Source: an uncultured Chloroflexia bacterium (GTDB taxonomy: Bacteria > Chloroflexota > Limnocylindria > Limnocylindrales > CSP1-4). Taken from it: a DNA stretch of 64,000 bases. Below, piece by piece: positions 17,818 through 27,450 of this stretch. The notes beneath the pieces were generated by a model, which saw only the letters and a program-made list of their open reading frames with translations, had not been told where the DNA came from and ran no database searches. How positions within the stretch are numbered: position 1 is the first letter of the stretch; each line of letters opens with the position of its first letter. Position numbers and translations under genes: made by a program. Location: positions 78,878 through 142,877 of the forward strand of contig CAVRJP010000001.1 of assembly GCA_963721765.1 (NCBI GenBank). Reading direction: 5' to 3'.

Positions 17818-18015
17818 CGCCGTCGGTCGGCGCACCGCGGCTGAACTCGGCCACGGCCTCGCCGATGGACCTCGACCCGAGTAGGACTCGCTCCGACCAC
17901 ACCAGAGCGCAACGGACTGCTCCCGAGATCACCTATCCATGACTTTCGTACCGCTGGTGCACCCCTGGTCTCGCGCGTAACGTCGGTCGCCGATGCCCCG
18001 AGGGCGGAGGAGTCA

Positions 18016-21000
18016 GTGAATCCGAGCACGCGCCAGCACCCCGCCGTTCGACGCGCCCGCCTCGCGGTCGTGCTCGCCGCGTTGCTGGTCGCTCCCGCCG
18101 GGCTCGCCCCCGATCGCGTTGCCGCCGGCGGGACGGCGCCCGACGAGCCCCCTGCCTCCGCCGACGAATCCCTCGCTTCGATCCACTACCGCCACGCCGA
18201 GGAGCACGCGAGCGACGTCATCGCGTTCGAGCCCGGCGAGGCCGTGAGCGTCGGGTTCACGCCGCGGGCCGACGATGACTGGAAGGTCGACGGCCTTGCG
18301 CCCGGCGCACTCCCTGCTGGGCACGCGTCGGGGCTCCTGATGCACGCTGCGGAGCAGGATTTCGACCTGGTCGGCCGGCGCACCCGAGGACCTCGGCGCG
18401 GCCGCACCGTCCGCGGCTTCCGTCGTCGACGGATCGACCGACGACGCCGTCCAGGCGGCCCCCGTCGGCCCGAGCGGCCTGCGTCGCGAGATCTTCGGCT
18501 TCCTGCCGTACTGGGAGGTCGCCGACAGCTCGACCGTCCTCGACTGGCGGACGCTCTCGACGCTCGCCTACTTCAGCGTGGGCTGCGCGAGCAACGGGAG
18601 TCTCCTGAAGCGGAACCTCGATGGGTCGGCGACGACCGGCTGGGCCGGCTGGACCAGCTCGAAGATGACCTCGATCATCAACGCCGCGCACCAACACCAC
18701 ACGCGGGTGGTCCTGACGGTCAGCTGCTTCGCCTGGAGCACCGCCGGGGCCACGACCCAGGCAGCGCTGCTCGGCAGCGCTGCCGCCCGATCGAACCTCG
18801 CCCGGCAGGTCGCCGCAGCGGTGCGCGACCGCGGCGCGGACGGCGTGAACCTCGACTTCGAGCCGATCGTCGCGGGCTACAGCGACGAGTTCACGAAGCT
18901 CGTCCGCGCGGTGCGGGCCGAGCTCAACGCCGTCGCGCCCGGCTACCAGCTCACGTTCGACACGATGGGCTCCATCGGCACCCAGCCGATTGTCGAGGCG
19001 ACCGCCCCGGGCGGCGCCGACGCCGTGTTCATCATGGGCTACGACTATCGGACCGCCAGCTCGTCGGTCGCAGGCTCCATCTCGCCGCTCACCGGCCCGG
19101 CCTATGACCTCACCGACACGGTCAAGGCGTACACCGCGACGATCGCGCCGTCGAAGATCATCCTCGGCGTCCCGTACTACGGCCGGGCCTGGTCGACCCC
19201 CACCAACGACCTCCACGCGAAGAACATCTCGGGCGCCCGGTACGGCGGCGTCGCCGAGCCGACGTACGCCCACGCCGCGGACCTCGTCGCCGGGTATGGA
19301 CGCCGCTTCGACGCGGTCGAGCAGTCGCCCTGGACGGCCTACCGCCGGGAGACGTGCACGTCGACCCATGGCTGCGTGATGTCGTGGCGGCAGCTGTACT
19401 ACGACGACGCGGCGTCGCTCAAGCTGCGCTACGACCTCGTCAATCGGGCCGGTCTCCGCGGCGCCGGCATCTGGGCCCTGGGCTACGACGGCGCCCGGCC
19501 GGAGCTGCGCGCGGCCCTCGCCGACAAGTTCATCGCCGACAGGACGGCGCCGGTCACCGGCGTCGTCACGCTCCCCGCCGAGCAGCGCGACGAGGGCTTC
19601 CGTGTCTCCTGGAGGTCGTACGACGAGAGCCCGGTCACCGGCTACGACGTCCAGGCCTCGGTCGACGGCGGCGCGTTCGCGCCGTGGCTCACGGGAACGA
19701 CGCAGACCAGCTCGATCTTCCTCGGCACCCACGGCCGCACCTACGCCTTCCGGGTCCGGGCGCGCGATTCCCACGGCAATGTTTCGCCGTTCCGTTCGAT
19801 CCCGCTCGGCGCGACCCGAACGCCCGGGTCGATCACCCGCGGTGGCTTTGCCACGGTCACGACGAACGGGCTGCGGATGCGGGTCGGTCCGACGACCGGC
19901 GCGGCGATCATGGCGACGCTCGACGCAGGCGACGCCCTCCAGGTCATCTCCGGGCCGGTCACCGGCGAGGGCTTCGCCTGGTACCAGGTCGCCGGACCCG
20001 TCGAGCAGTGGTCGCCGGTCGACCCGATGCAGGTCGGCGGCTGGGTGGCCGCGTCGGGCAGCGGCGTCACCAATCTGGTCGCGCGACGGCCCGTGTACGC
20101 GACGCATCTCAACGCGGGCATCACCAGCCTCAGGCTTGCCGGCGGCGGAGCGCGCGTGCTCACGCCCAACGGCGACGGCATCGCCGACACACTGCCCCTC
20201 ACGTGGACCAACCGGCGGGCCCTCGACGGGCTCACCTTGCGCGTGGTCCGATCGGACGGCTCGGTAGCCGGCGCCTTCGCGCTGCGCGGCGACAGGCTGG
20301 CTTCCGGCCCGCAGGCGTATCGCTGGAACGGCCTGTTGGGCGGGAAGGTGGTTCCGCCGGGCGTCTACGTCATCCAGCTCCAGGGGACCGCCGGCGGCGC
20401 GACGTACAGCGCCCCCTCGGCAAGCCCGGTGAGCGGGGCGCAGCTCTCGCGATTCGGCGTGATCGTGGGCGCCGCCTCGCCGACCTCGGTCCGCTCAATC
20501 CAGAGCACGCCCGCCTCGCCGACCCGGTCCGGGGCCGTGACCTATCGCGTGCTCTTCGGGGGCCCGGTCAAGTGGCTGTCGGCGAACGACGTCGGCACGT
20601 CGGGAACCGCCCGGGGCTGCCGGATCGGCACCCCGACGGCGGCCGGTGCCGCCTGGACCATCGTCGTCAGCAGCTGCAGCGCGGGCACGCTCGGGCTGTT
20701 CCTGAAGGCGAGGACCGTCGTCGACGCCGTGTCGAACTGGGGGCCGGCAACCCAGGTGAACGCGCCGACGGTGGTCATCGATCGCACGGCGCCGACCACG
20801 GGCGTCCCGAAGCTGACCCTCCGGTCCGGCCCCAGCCTTGCCTCGAACACCGCGGGCACCGGGATCCTGACCAGCCTTGCGTGGGCCGGCGCTGACGAGG
20901 GTGGGGCGCACGTCGCGAGCTACGACGTCGCGCGCAGTGTCGATGGCGGTCGATTCACGCTCATCGCCAGCGGGCTCGCCGCGAGGTCGCTCACGGTCGC

Positions 21001-21460
21001 CATCCCCTCGGGGCACTCGTATCGCTTCGAGGTGCGGGCGCGTGATCGGGCCGGCAACGTCGGCGCGTGGCTCGCCGGCGCGACGATCCGACCCGCGCTC
21101 GTCCAGGAATCGAACGTCGGGATTGCCTACCGCGGAACGTGGCGGCTCGGCGAGAGCAGCCACTACTCCGAGCTCGGCGCGTTGTTCGCGACGACTCCGG
21201 GGGCCACGGCGAAGCTCAGCTTCGTGGGCCGCGGGATCGCGTTCGTGACCACGCGCGGGCCGGATCGAGGCGCGGTCAGGGTCTACGTCGACGGCGAGCT
21301 CATCGGCACGGCCGACACTCACGCGCCGGGTTCGATCTTCCGGTCGGTCGTGTTCAGTCGGACCTGGGCCGTCAGCGGGTTCCACACGCTCAAGCTCGTG
21401 GTGGTGGGCACGCCCGGCCGCCCGCGCGTCGACCTCGACGCCCTGGAGATCCTGCGATAG
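18016..21460 (+). pseudogene. Large secreted GH18 multidomain protein (GH18, FN3-like, SH3-like, FlgD_Ig-like, FN3-like, C-terminal jelly-roll-like) with one reading-frame break near 18340-18400
   Basis: GTG at 18016 (GGAGGAG upstream) gives signal peptide MNPSTRQHPAVRRARLAVVLAALLVAPAG. After about 18370 that frame becomes Arg-rich junk. The next frame, open from the stop at 18338, reads ...APEDLGAAAPSAASVVDGSTDDAVQAAPVGPSGLRREIFGFLPYWEV... and runs into track ORF 18578..21460, which carries GADGVNLDFEP, IMGYDY and GIWALGYDG. There is no ATG/GTG/TTG in that frame between 18341 and 18578. Confidence 0.65.
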
Positions 21461-21507
21461 CGCGGCGCGGCGGGGGTCGCGGAACGACGCCCATACACTC
21501 CGGCGCG

Positions 21508-22269
21508 ATGACCAACGCATCCGAGGTCGGCGCCGGCACGTGGGTCGTGCTGCCCACCTACGAGGAGGCCGAGAACCTGCCGGGCATCGCCGCGGCGATC
21601 CTCGGGACGCTCCCGGGGGGCACGCTGCTCGTCGTGGACGATGGCTCGCCCGACGGGACGGGCGAGATGGCCGACCGGATGGCGGCCGCGGATCGGCGCG
21701 TCCGGGTTCGTCACCGGCCGGGCAAGGCCGGGCTCGGCCGCGCGTATCTCGACGGGTTCGGCGTGGCGCTCGCGGGCGGCGCGACCTCGATCATCCAGAT
21801 GGACGCCGACTGGTCGCACGACCCCACGGTCCTGCCGGCGCTGCTCGCCCCGATCGTCGACGGCCGTGCCGACCTCGTGATCGGGAGCCGGTACGTGCGC
21901 GGCGGGCGCGTGCTGGACTGGGGCCTCGGGCGCCGGCTCATCTCGCGCCTCGGCAGCATCTTCGCGCGGACGGTGCTGAACCTGCGCCCGCACGACCTCA
22001 CCGGCGGCTTCAAGGCGTGGCGCGCCGAGACGCTCGCCGCGATCCCGTTCGACGGCGTGCACGCCGGCGGGTACGTCTTCCAGATCGAGATGACGCACCG
22101 GGCGAGCCGGGGCGGGGCGCGGGTGGCCGAGGTGCCGATCACGTTCCGCGACCGTCGCGTGGGCCGGTCGAAGATGTCGCGCCGGATCATCTTCGAGGCC
22201 CTCCTCGTCGTGCTCCGGCTGCGCTGGGACGAGCTCCGAGGTCGCCGGCTGCGCCGACGTCGGCCGTGA
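21508..22269 (+). CDS. GT2 polyprenol-phosphate mannose (dolichol-P-mannose-type) synthase-like glycosyltransferase
   Basis: ATG at 21508 within track ORF 21067..22269. Reads WVVLPTYEEAENL...LLVVDDGSPDGTGE...RPGKAGLGRAYLDGF...IIQMDADWSHDP...DLVIGSRYV.GG...GGFKAW... Confidence 0.85.
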   Translation: MTNASEVGAGTWVVLPTYEEAENLPGIAAAILGTLPGGTLLVVDDGSPDGTGEMADRMAAADRRVRVRHRPGKAGLGRAYLDGFGVALAGGATSIIQMDADWSHDPTVLPALLAPIVDGRADLVIGSRYVRGGRVLDWGLGRRLISRLGSIFARTVLNLRPHDLTGGFKAWRAETLAAIPFDGVHAGGYVFQIEMTHRASRGGARVAEVPITFRDRRVGRSKMSRRIIFEALLVVLRLRWDELRGRRLRRRRP

Positions 22270-23600
22270 CCGGGTCCGCGCCGCTTGATCTCGAGCGCGA
22301 ATTGCACGATCGGCGCCGCGTGATCGACAGCCCGCCCGGGCTCCGGGTCGTGCTCGACGCGCGACCGCTCCAGGACCCGGGACGTGCCCCCGCGACGGCG
22401 CGCTACCTCGACCGGCTCCTCGCGGCTTACGACGCCGATCCGCTGGCCGGGGAGTCGTTCGCCTTCCTGCTCCAGTCGGACCTGGACGACCCGACGAAGG
22501 CCCTCACTCGGCTCGAGGTCATCGGCCGGCGGATGCTGCCGCCGACACGCCTCCTTCGCAGCGGCGCACTGACCCTGGACCCGTTCCTGCTCCGCGGCGC
22601 CTCCGTCGGCGCGACCTGGCGGGCCGAGCAGCAGGGCGCGGCGGGCGCCGTCTATCACGCGGTCGCGGGTGCCCCGCCGCTCCTGTCCCGGATCCCGGTC
22701 GTCGTCACGCTGCTCGACCTCGCACCGTGGGAGCTGCCGGGCGCGTTCCAGCGAGCTCCGGCGTCCCGCTTCGGGCAGCGGCTCCGAGCGCGGCTCGTGC
22801 GCGACGCGGCCGCCGTGATCGTGGGCAGCGAGGCCGTGGCGATCGCCGCCCGCCGCCTGCTCCGGCTCCGCGCCGGCCGCGTCCGCGTGGTCCCGCTCGC
22901 CGCGCATCCCGCCTTCACCGCCGTCGTCGAGCGCGAGCTGCAACCAGCAGGGCGTGAGGGGCCCGGGGACCGCCACCTGGCCGACGAGCGGGTACGGCTC
23001 GGCCTCCCAGCCCGGTATCTCGTGTACTTCGGGCGTTTCGACGCCCGCCACGACGTCGGGACCCTGCTCCGGGCGCTCGCCGCCCTCGGCGCCGAGCCTC
23101 GGCCGCGTGGCGTGAACGCGGCGAGCTGGCCGCCACGCGTGCTCATCGTCGGCGCGTCGCCGGGGGACCGGGCCGCGCTCGCCCGCGCCGCGAGTCGTCT
23201 CGGCGCAGCGGACGCGCTGGTCTATGCGCCGGCGATGCCGCCCAATCGGCTCGCCGCATTGGTGCGCGGTTCGCGGGCCGTCGTGATGCCGGCGATCAGC
23301 GACGCCTCGGGCCTGCCGGCGCTGGACGCGATCGGCGCCGGGGTGCCGGTCGTCGCGACCAACGTGGGCGCCCTGCCGGAGGTCGTCGGGACGGCCGGGA
23401 TCCTCGTGGAGCCGCGGGACCCGGGCCGGCTTGCGGCGGCGCTTCGCACCGCGTGGTCGGACGACCGGGTCCGGGGAGGGCTCGTCCGCGCGGCGCTGGA
23501 GCGCGGGGCGGCGGCTCCGAGGACCTGGGCGGACGTGGCCACGGAGACCCGTCGGGTCTACGCGGACGTTGGCGCGAGGCCGACCGGACGGTCCGCCTAG
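22266..23600 (+). CDS. GT4-family (GT-B) glycosyltransferase
   Basis: GTG at 22266 (GTGA overlap with the preceding stop), in frame with track ORF 21540..23600. The C-terminal half reads YLVYFGRFDARHDVGTLLRA...LVYAPAMP...SRAVVMPAISDASGLPALDAIGAGVPVVATNVGALPEVVG.AGILVEP. Confidence 0.8.
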   Translation: MTGSAPLDLERELHDRRRVIDSPPGLRVVLDARPLQDPGRAPATARYLDRLLAAYDADPLAGESFAFLLQSDLDDPTKALTRLEVIGRRMLPPTRLLRSGALTLDPFLLRGASVGATWRAEQQGAAGAVYHAVAGAPPLLSRIPVVVTLLDLAPWELPGAFQRAPASRFGQRLRARLVRDAAAVIVGSEAVAIAARRLLRLRAGRVRVVPLAAHPAFTAVVERELQPAGREGPGDRHLADERVRLGLPARYLVYFGRFDARHDVGTLLRALAALGAEPRPRGVNAASWPPRVLIVGASPGDRAALARAASRLGAADALVYAPAMPPNRLAALVRGSRAVVMPAISDASGLPALDAIGAGVPVVATNVGALPEVVGTAGILVEPRDPGRLAAALRTAWSDDRVRGGLVRAALERGAAAPRTWADVATETRRVYADVGARPTGRSA

Positions 23601-24871
23601 AGGTCGTCGAGGATGTCGTCCTCGTGTGTCGGCGGGATCCAGGCCGGTGGCCGCCCGTCCCTGATCTCGAGGTCGTACGACGTCTTGATCACCTGCACGA
23701 AGGTCTGCCCGGTGGTGAGCGTGATGGGCGTGCCGCTCGGGCCGAAGAGCAGGGTCGGCGCCTTGGCGGATGCCTTGCTCCAGGTGCCCTTGATCGTCCG
23801 GCCGTTGGTCGCGATCCAGGCCGTGCCCGTGCCGATGTTCTGCGCCTCCTGACGGTTCTTCTCCGGGTGCGGATCGTTCAGGGCGCCGAACCGCATCCGA
23901 AGGATCACGACGTTCGTTGGCGCGACCACCTTGCCGTCGCCGACGTCGACCTGGGGCTTCTTCGCGCCGTCGATGTATCGGTGGTACCTGTTCGTGACCT
24001 CGTCGTAGCGGTAGGAGATCGACCCACGGGGGAACGCGATCGTCGGATAGGTGACCGTGATCGAGCCGCCGCTTGGGCGAAGCTCGGGCGGCCGCGCAGG
24101 CCCGAACGACCACACCTGCTCGATCGGCCCGTCCCTCGCACCGACCCTTGCGGCGAGCTCGCGCAGGTTCTCCCCGGTCGTCATGACGTTGTGGGGCGCG
24201 AACCGGTCTGACACGCGGTAGAGGTAGCGGGGGCTCCAGCGGAACCCGTCCGCGTTGAAGACCCATTGGCCGTTGCCCCGCCGCGCGAGCGTTCGTTTGG
24301 CCTGCGGCGAGCCGCCGTGGTGGACGTACACCGCGTTCCACTCCGTCGCCCACTCGATGTAGTACTGGCGCGCGCTCCGGATCGGCCCGACCAGGTCTGG
24401 GATCTCGTCCTGGAAGATGAGCATGTAGCGCGGGATGTCGAACTCGGCCGGGGCGTGCCACACGACCGACGCGGCGTTGAAGCCGCCCTGCGGGCGCGCG
24501 TCGACCTGGTCGTCGATCATGACCGCGATCGGGTGCCGCCGGGCCGCCTCCTCGGTGACGAGCAGGCCGGTCAGCGGCGCTGGGACGAAGCCCGGGGTCG
24601 GTGGCGGCCCGCTTGGCGGGGCGCTCGGCACGACGCTCGGCGCGGGAGGCGTTGGGATCGGCGCGCCAGAAGGCACGTTGACGGCGGCGGACGGCGCGGG
24701 TGTCGCCGCCGGGCCGGGCGAGCCCGTGGCGACGCCACCTGCGAACGCCCCGAGCTGCGCGGCCGCGACCAGCGCGACGGCCGCGATCCCGACCCCGACC
24801 GCGGCGATGAGATAGCGACCAACCGAGCGAGGAATCCGAGCGTCTCCCGGGCGGAGCGGTGCCCGCCACAC
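23597..24871 (-). CDS. DUF3048-family secreted/membrane-anchored protein
   Basis: 424 aa. N-terminal TM anchor and Pro-rich linker, then RHPIAVMIDDQVDARPQGGFNAASVVWHAPAEFDIPRYMLIF...IRSARQYY, which matches my recollection of DUF3048. Confidence 0.75.
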   Translation of the reverse strand: MWRAPLRPGDARIPRSVGRYLIAAVGVGIAAVALVAAAQLGAFAGGVATGSPGPAATPAPSAAVNVPSGAPIPTPPAPSVVPSAPPSGPPPTPGFVPAPLTGLLVTEEAARRHPIAVMIDDQVDARPQGGFNAASVVWHAPAEFDIPRYMLIFQDEIPDLVGPIRSARQYYIEWATEWNAVYVHHGGSPQAKRTLARRGNGQWVFNADGFRWSPRYLYRVSDRFAPHNVMTTGENLRELAARVGARDGPIEQVWSFGPARPPELRPSGGSITVTYPTIAFPRGSISYRYDEVTNRYHRYIDGAKKPQVDVGDGKVVAPTNVVILRMRFGALNDPHPEKNRQEAQNIGTGTAWIATNGRTIKGTWSKASAKAPTLLFGPSGTPITLTTGQTFVQVIKTSYDLEIRDGRPPAWIPPTHEDDILDDL

Positions 24872-24999
24872 TGCGTTCAGGCGGCACCGGGCCCCCGGGC
24901 GCCACGGCAGGATACCGTGACGGTCAACGGGCGCTATGGTGGGCGCGGCCGCCCATTGCCGGCGCGGATCGACACCGATGGCGGGTGATCCTCCTCCAG

Positions 25000-25713
25000 A
25001 TGAGCAGCGACAGCGGACTCGATCGGCGACCCGAGCGCGAGTCTCGGTTCGTGAAGCCGTCCGTCGAGGATCGGGACGTCGAGAGCAACCTGGAATGGAA
25101 CCGGCAACGCTGGGGCCAGCGGGCGGGCTGGCAGGCGCACGATCAGTTCGGCTACCGATGGGGCGGCGGCACCCAGCAGACCGTCGGCCAGATCGCCCAG
25201 TTCGCCGATGCGTTCTTCCGGCCGCACGCCGGTGGGCGCCACGACCTCCGGATCCTCGAGCTTGCCCCGGGCGGCGGTCGGTTCACCGCCGAGCTGCTGC
25301 GCTACGCGTCGACCATGTGCCTCGTCGACCTGAACGAAGCGGCGCTCGAGACCTGCCGCCAGCGTTTCGCCTTCGTGCCCACGCCGATCTCCTATGCGCT
25401 GACCGACGGTCGCTCATTCGAAGCCGTCCCCGAGGGCGAATGGGATGTGGTCGCCTGCTTTGACAGCATGGTCCACATGCACCCGGAGGTCATCCGCGCG
25501 TACGTCGCCTCGATCGCCGGGCGACTGTCGCCGTCCGGCTTTGCGTGGCTCGATCACAGCGGCAGGGGCCTGCGCGAGGCAGGACATCGAACCGCCATGA
25601 CGGCCGAGCTGATGGTGAAGTTCGCCGAGGCCGCCGGCCTCTCGGTCACCAGCCAGCTGTATCGCAACGACTGGGACTGCGTGTCGGTCCTCCGCCACGC
25701 ACCGCGACCCTGA
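25000..25713 (+). CDS. Class I SAM-dependent methyltransferase
   Basis: ATG at 25000 within track ORF 24859..25713. Motif I: RILELAPGGGRFTAELL. Later: DVVACFDSMVHM. Confidence 0.7.
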   Translation: MSSDSGLDRRPERESRFVKPSVEDRDVESNLEWNRQRWGQRAGWQAHDQFGYRWGGGTQQTVGQIAQFADAFFRPHAGGRHDLRILELAPGGGRFTAELLRYASTMCLVDLNEAALETCRQRFAFVPTPISYALTDGRSFEAVPEGEWDVVACFDSMVHMHPEVIRAYVASIAGRLSPSGFAWLDHSGRGLREAGHRTAMTAELMVKFAEAAGLSVTSQLYRNDWDCVSVLRHAPRP

Positions 25714-25768
25714 GGGTTTCGCGCCCAGCCCTGCCGTCCGCGCTCCGGCTACCGGCTCGAAGGAAGGC

Positions 25769-26509
25769 TCACTCGGTGCTCAGGCGAGCCAGCGCCCCGC
25801 CGTCCGCCACGAGCGCCTGTCCCGTGATGAACGACGAGCGGCGCCCGTCGGCCAGGAACAGGATCGCCTCGGCGATCTCCTCCGGCCGGCCGATCCGCCC
25901 GAGCGGGATCCGCGCGGCGAGGGCCTCGATCGCACCGTCCAAGCCACCGGGCGACGCCCAGCGCTGGACCCCGTGCCGGAGCATCGGCGTGTCGACCGCA
26001 CCCGGCAGAACGACGTTCACGCGAACGTCGGGCGCCCACTCGACCGCGGCCGCACGCGTGAGCGAGACCATGGCGCCCTTGCTGGCCGCGTAGGGCGCGG
26101 CACCCAGCGAGGTGGCGACCGCGTGGACGGACGCCACGTTGACCACTGCTCCTCGTACCCGTGCGAGGAGGGGATGCGCCGCCTGCATCGCGAGGAAGGT
26201 GCCGCGCGCATTCGCATCCTGGACCTCGTCCCACGCGGCCACCGACGTCTCGTCGATCGACGCCGTCCCCTGCATCGCCGCCGCGTTCACCAACGCGTCG
26301 AGCCCCGGGAGCCCGGCGAAGAACGTCGCCAGCCGATCGCCGACGTCGGCATCCCGGAGGTCGAGCGCGGTGAACGCATCGAGCCCGACCGCCGGCGCCG
26401 GGTCGACGAGGTCCACGCCGGCCACCGACCAGCCGGCCTCGCGGAATGCCGCAGCCGTCGCCGCGCCGATCCCGCCGGCGACCCCGGTGATCGCCACGAC
26501 CATCGTCAC
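25769..26509 (-). CDS. Short-chain dehydrogenase/reductase (SDR)
   Basis: 246 aa. Reads VVAITGVAGGIGAATA...NAAA...YAASKGAMVSLTRAAAVEW...VNVVLPGAVDTPM. GTGA overlap with the upstream stop at 26506-26509. Confidence 0.85.
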   Translation of the reverse strand: MTMVVAITGVAGGIGAATAAAFREAGWSVAGVDLVDPAPAVGLDAFTALDLRDADVGDRLATFFAGLPGLDALVNAAAMQGTASIDETSVAAWDEVQDANARGTFLAMQAAHPLLARVRGAVVNVASVHAVATSLGAAPYAASKGAMVSLTRAAAVEWAPDVRVNVVLPGAVDTPMLRHGVQRWASPGGLDGAIEALAARIPLGRIGRPEEIAEAILFLADGRRSSFITGQALVADGGALARLSTE

Positions 26510-27450
26510 CGCCGGACCTCGTCCAGGCCCCGGATCAGGTTGTCGATCGCGCGCGCGCTCGTTCGGTGCCCGGCTTCGAGCGTGTTCGATCCGTTGTGCG
26601 ATCCGAGGATCACCTGGTCGAGCTCGCGCAGCGGGCTGCCGATCGGCAGGGGCTCCACCTCGAACACGTCCAGCGCCGCCGCGCCGACCTGGCCGGAGCG
26701 CAGCGCGGCGACGAGTGCCGGCTCGTCGATCAGCCCGCCCCGCGCGGTGTTGATGACCGACGCGCCCCGTTGCATCAGGGCCAGCGTGTCGGCGTTCAGG
26801 AGGTGGCGCGTGTCGGGCGTCAGCGGCGCGTTCAGCGAGACGACGTCCGACGCGGCGAGCAGCGATTCGACGCTCGTGACCTCGACGCCCAGCTCCGACG
26901 CACTCGCCCGATTGCCGGGATCGACTTCAGAGCCGAGAACGCGCATGCCCATCGCCAGCGCCCGCCGGGCGACGCCCTGGCCGATGTGGCCGAGGCCGAC
27001 GACGCCGAGCGTGCGGCCGGCCAGCGACACGCCGGTCGGCTTCGCCCACTCCCCGGCCCGGGCCGCGGCGTCGATCGTGTGCAGGTGGCGGGCGAGCATG
27101 ACGAGATAGCCGATGACGACGTCGGCCACCTCGTCGCCGAACATGCCCGGCGTGTTCGTCACCCGGATCCCGAGCTCGGCCGCCGCGACGAGGTCGATCG
27201 AATCCGTGCCGACGCCCCACTTGGACACGATCCTGAGCCGGTCGGCCCGTTCGAGGACGGTTCGCGTCAGGTGGTCGTCGCCCGCGATGATTCCGTCGAC
27301 GCCGGGCAGGAGCTCGAGGAGCTCCGGCTCCGTGAGCTGCTGCTCGACGGCCGGCAGGATGAGCTCGGCCCCGCGCTCGTCCAGCCTGGGCCGGTGGTCC
27401 GCGAGCGTCCGCTGGAGCTGGCGGCACGAGATGACGATCCGCTCGGTCAC
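26506..27450 (-). CDS. D-isomer-specific 2-hydroxyacid dehydrogenase (glycerate/phosphoglycerate dehydrogenase-like)
   Basis: GTG at 27450 (GTGA overlap with the upstream stop) within track ORF 26506..27609. Reads LAGRTLGVVGLGHIGQGVARRA.AMGM.V...LLAASDVVSLNAPLTPDTRHLL...INTARGGLIDE.ALV.AL..G...AALDVFE.EP. Confidence 0.85.
   Translation of the reverse strand: MTERIVISCRQLQRTLADHRPRLDERGAELILPAVEQQLTEPELLELLPGVDGIIAGDDHLTRTVLERADRLRIVSKWGVGTDSIDLVAAAELGIRVTNTPGMFGDEVADVVIGYLVMLARHLHTIDAAARAGEWAKPTGVSLAGRTLGVVGLGHIGQGVARRALAMGMRVLGSEVDPGNRASASELGVEVTSVESLLAASDVVSLNAPLTPDTRHLLNADTLALMQRGASVINTARGGLIDEPALVAALRSGQVGAAALDVFEVEPLPIGSPLRELDQVILGSHNGSNTLEAGHRTSARAIDNLIRGLDEVRR

Noticed and set aside
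17818-18015. Riboswitch (for example the cyclic-di-AMP ydaO type) or small RNA in the 198-nt leader of the GH18 gene
   Set aside because: I found no recognisable conserved ydaO-type cores. Only a short hairpin lies right after the upstream stop (17817-17833), together with a slightly A+T-richer promoter-like patch. The evidence is insufficient.
18578-21460. Taking GTG 18578 as the true start of the GH18 gene
   Set aside because: It would remove the conserved first strand (FGFLPYW, encoded at about 18494-18514 in the same frame) and leave a large extracellular-type protein without a signal peptide. The frame is open back to 18341 with no start codon, so a frame break is more likely.
21711-24905. 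1064-aa minus-strand ORF
   Set aside because: It is antisense to the GT2 and GT4 genes and out of frame with the DUF3048 gene, which is the real minus-strand gene at 23597-24871.
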